64,000 nt of DNA from Strigamia acuminata (taxonomy: Eukaryota): assembly GCA_949358305.1 (NCBI GenBank), contig OX442314.1:9672001-9736000 (forward strand). Reading direction: 5' to 3'. The notes under the pieces are model-generated. The model worked only from the letters and a program-made list of their open reading frames with translations, had not been told where the DNA came from and ran no database searches. Positions 63,672-64,000 of the stretch are shown piece after piece (positions within the stretch are counted from its first letter, which is position 1; each line of letters begins with the position of its first letter). The position numbers and the translations under genes were made by a program.

Positions 63672-64000
63672 ATGGCTCCACCAACATCGCAGGCTAAATC
63701 TATCGGCAAACGGGGAAGACCGCCATTCGTTGCAGGCGATAAGAAGAAAAAGCGAAAGAAGTCGGTCGAAAGTTTTGGCCGATACATTTATCTCGTCCTT
63801 AAGCAAGTTCACCCGGACGTTGGCATTTCGTCCAAAGCCATGTCGACTATGAACAGCTTTATGAACGATATGTTCGAAAGGATCGCCTCCGAAGCTTCGC
63901 GTCTAGCGAAATTTAGCCATCGCCCGACTTTGACGAGCCGAGACATTCAAAGTGCTATTCGATTACTCCTGCCTGGGGAATTAGCCCGACATGCCATCAG
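63672..64000 (+). CDS. H2B: Divergent histone H2B (runs off the window end)
   Basis: [109 protein letters not shown]; intronless so far. Confidence 0.95.
   Translation, partial: MAPPTSQAKSIGKRGRPPFVAGDKKKKRKKSVESFGRYIYLVLKQVHPDVGISSKAMSTMNSFMNDMFERIASEASRLAKFSHRPTLTSRDIQSAIRLLLPGELARHAI

Overview
Eukaryotic, AT-rich, intron-rich invertebrate DNA. An arthropod is inferred from the kayak-type Fos and ATF3 sequences, the 18S fragment and the promoter motifs; no prokaryotic features are seen. Gene order: ATF3-like bZIP (+), sphingosine-1-phosphate phosphatase (+), DMAC1/DUF4536-like small membrane protein (-), an intact 4.1-kb Mutator-like transposon, TMED10 (-), Fos/kayak (-), then a 200-N gap and an apparently identical 11.3-kb second copy of the TMED10-Fos block (most likely an assembly overlap). 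After that come a candidate alternative Fos first exon, a Sororin-like gene (-) head-to-head with CDK20 (+), nested LTR-retrotransposon remnants, a 57-aa secreted six-cysteine peptide gene missed by the ORF track (+), an uncharacterised secreted protein (-) and a divergent histone H2B cut by the window end (+). The transposon has a 9-bp TSD, about 230-bp TIRs and a single ORF fusing DDE transposase, SWIM, Ulp1-like protease and PHD finger. Introns hold many MITEs, an 18S rDNA fragment and A-tract minisatellites. Exon boundaries were read by eye from GT-AG sites and frame continuity; no database searches were run.
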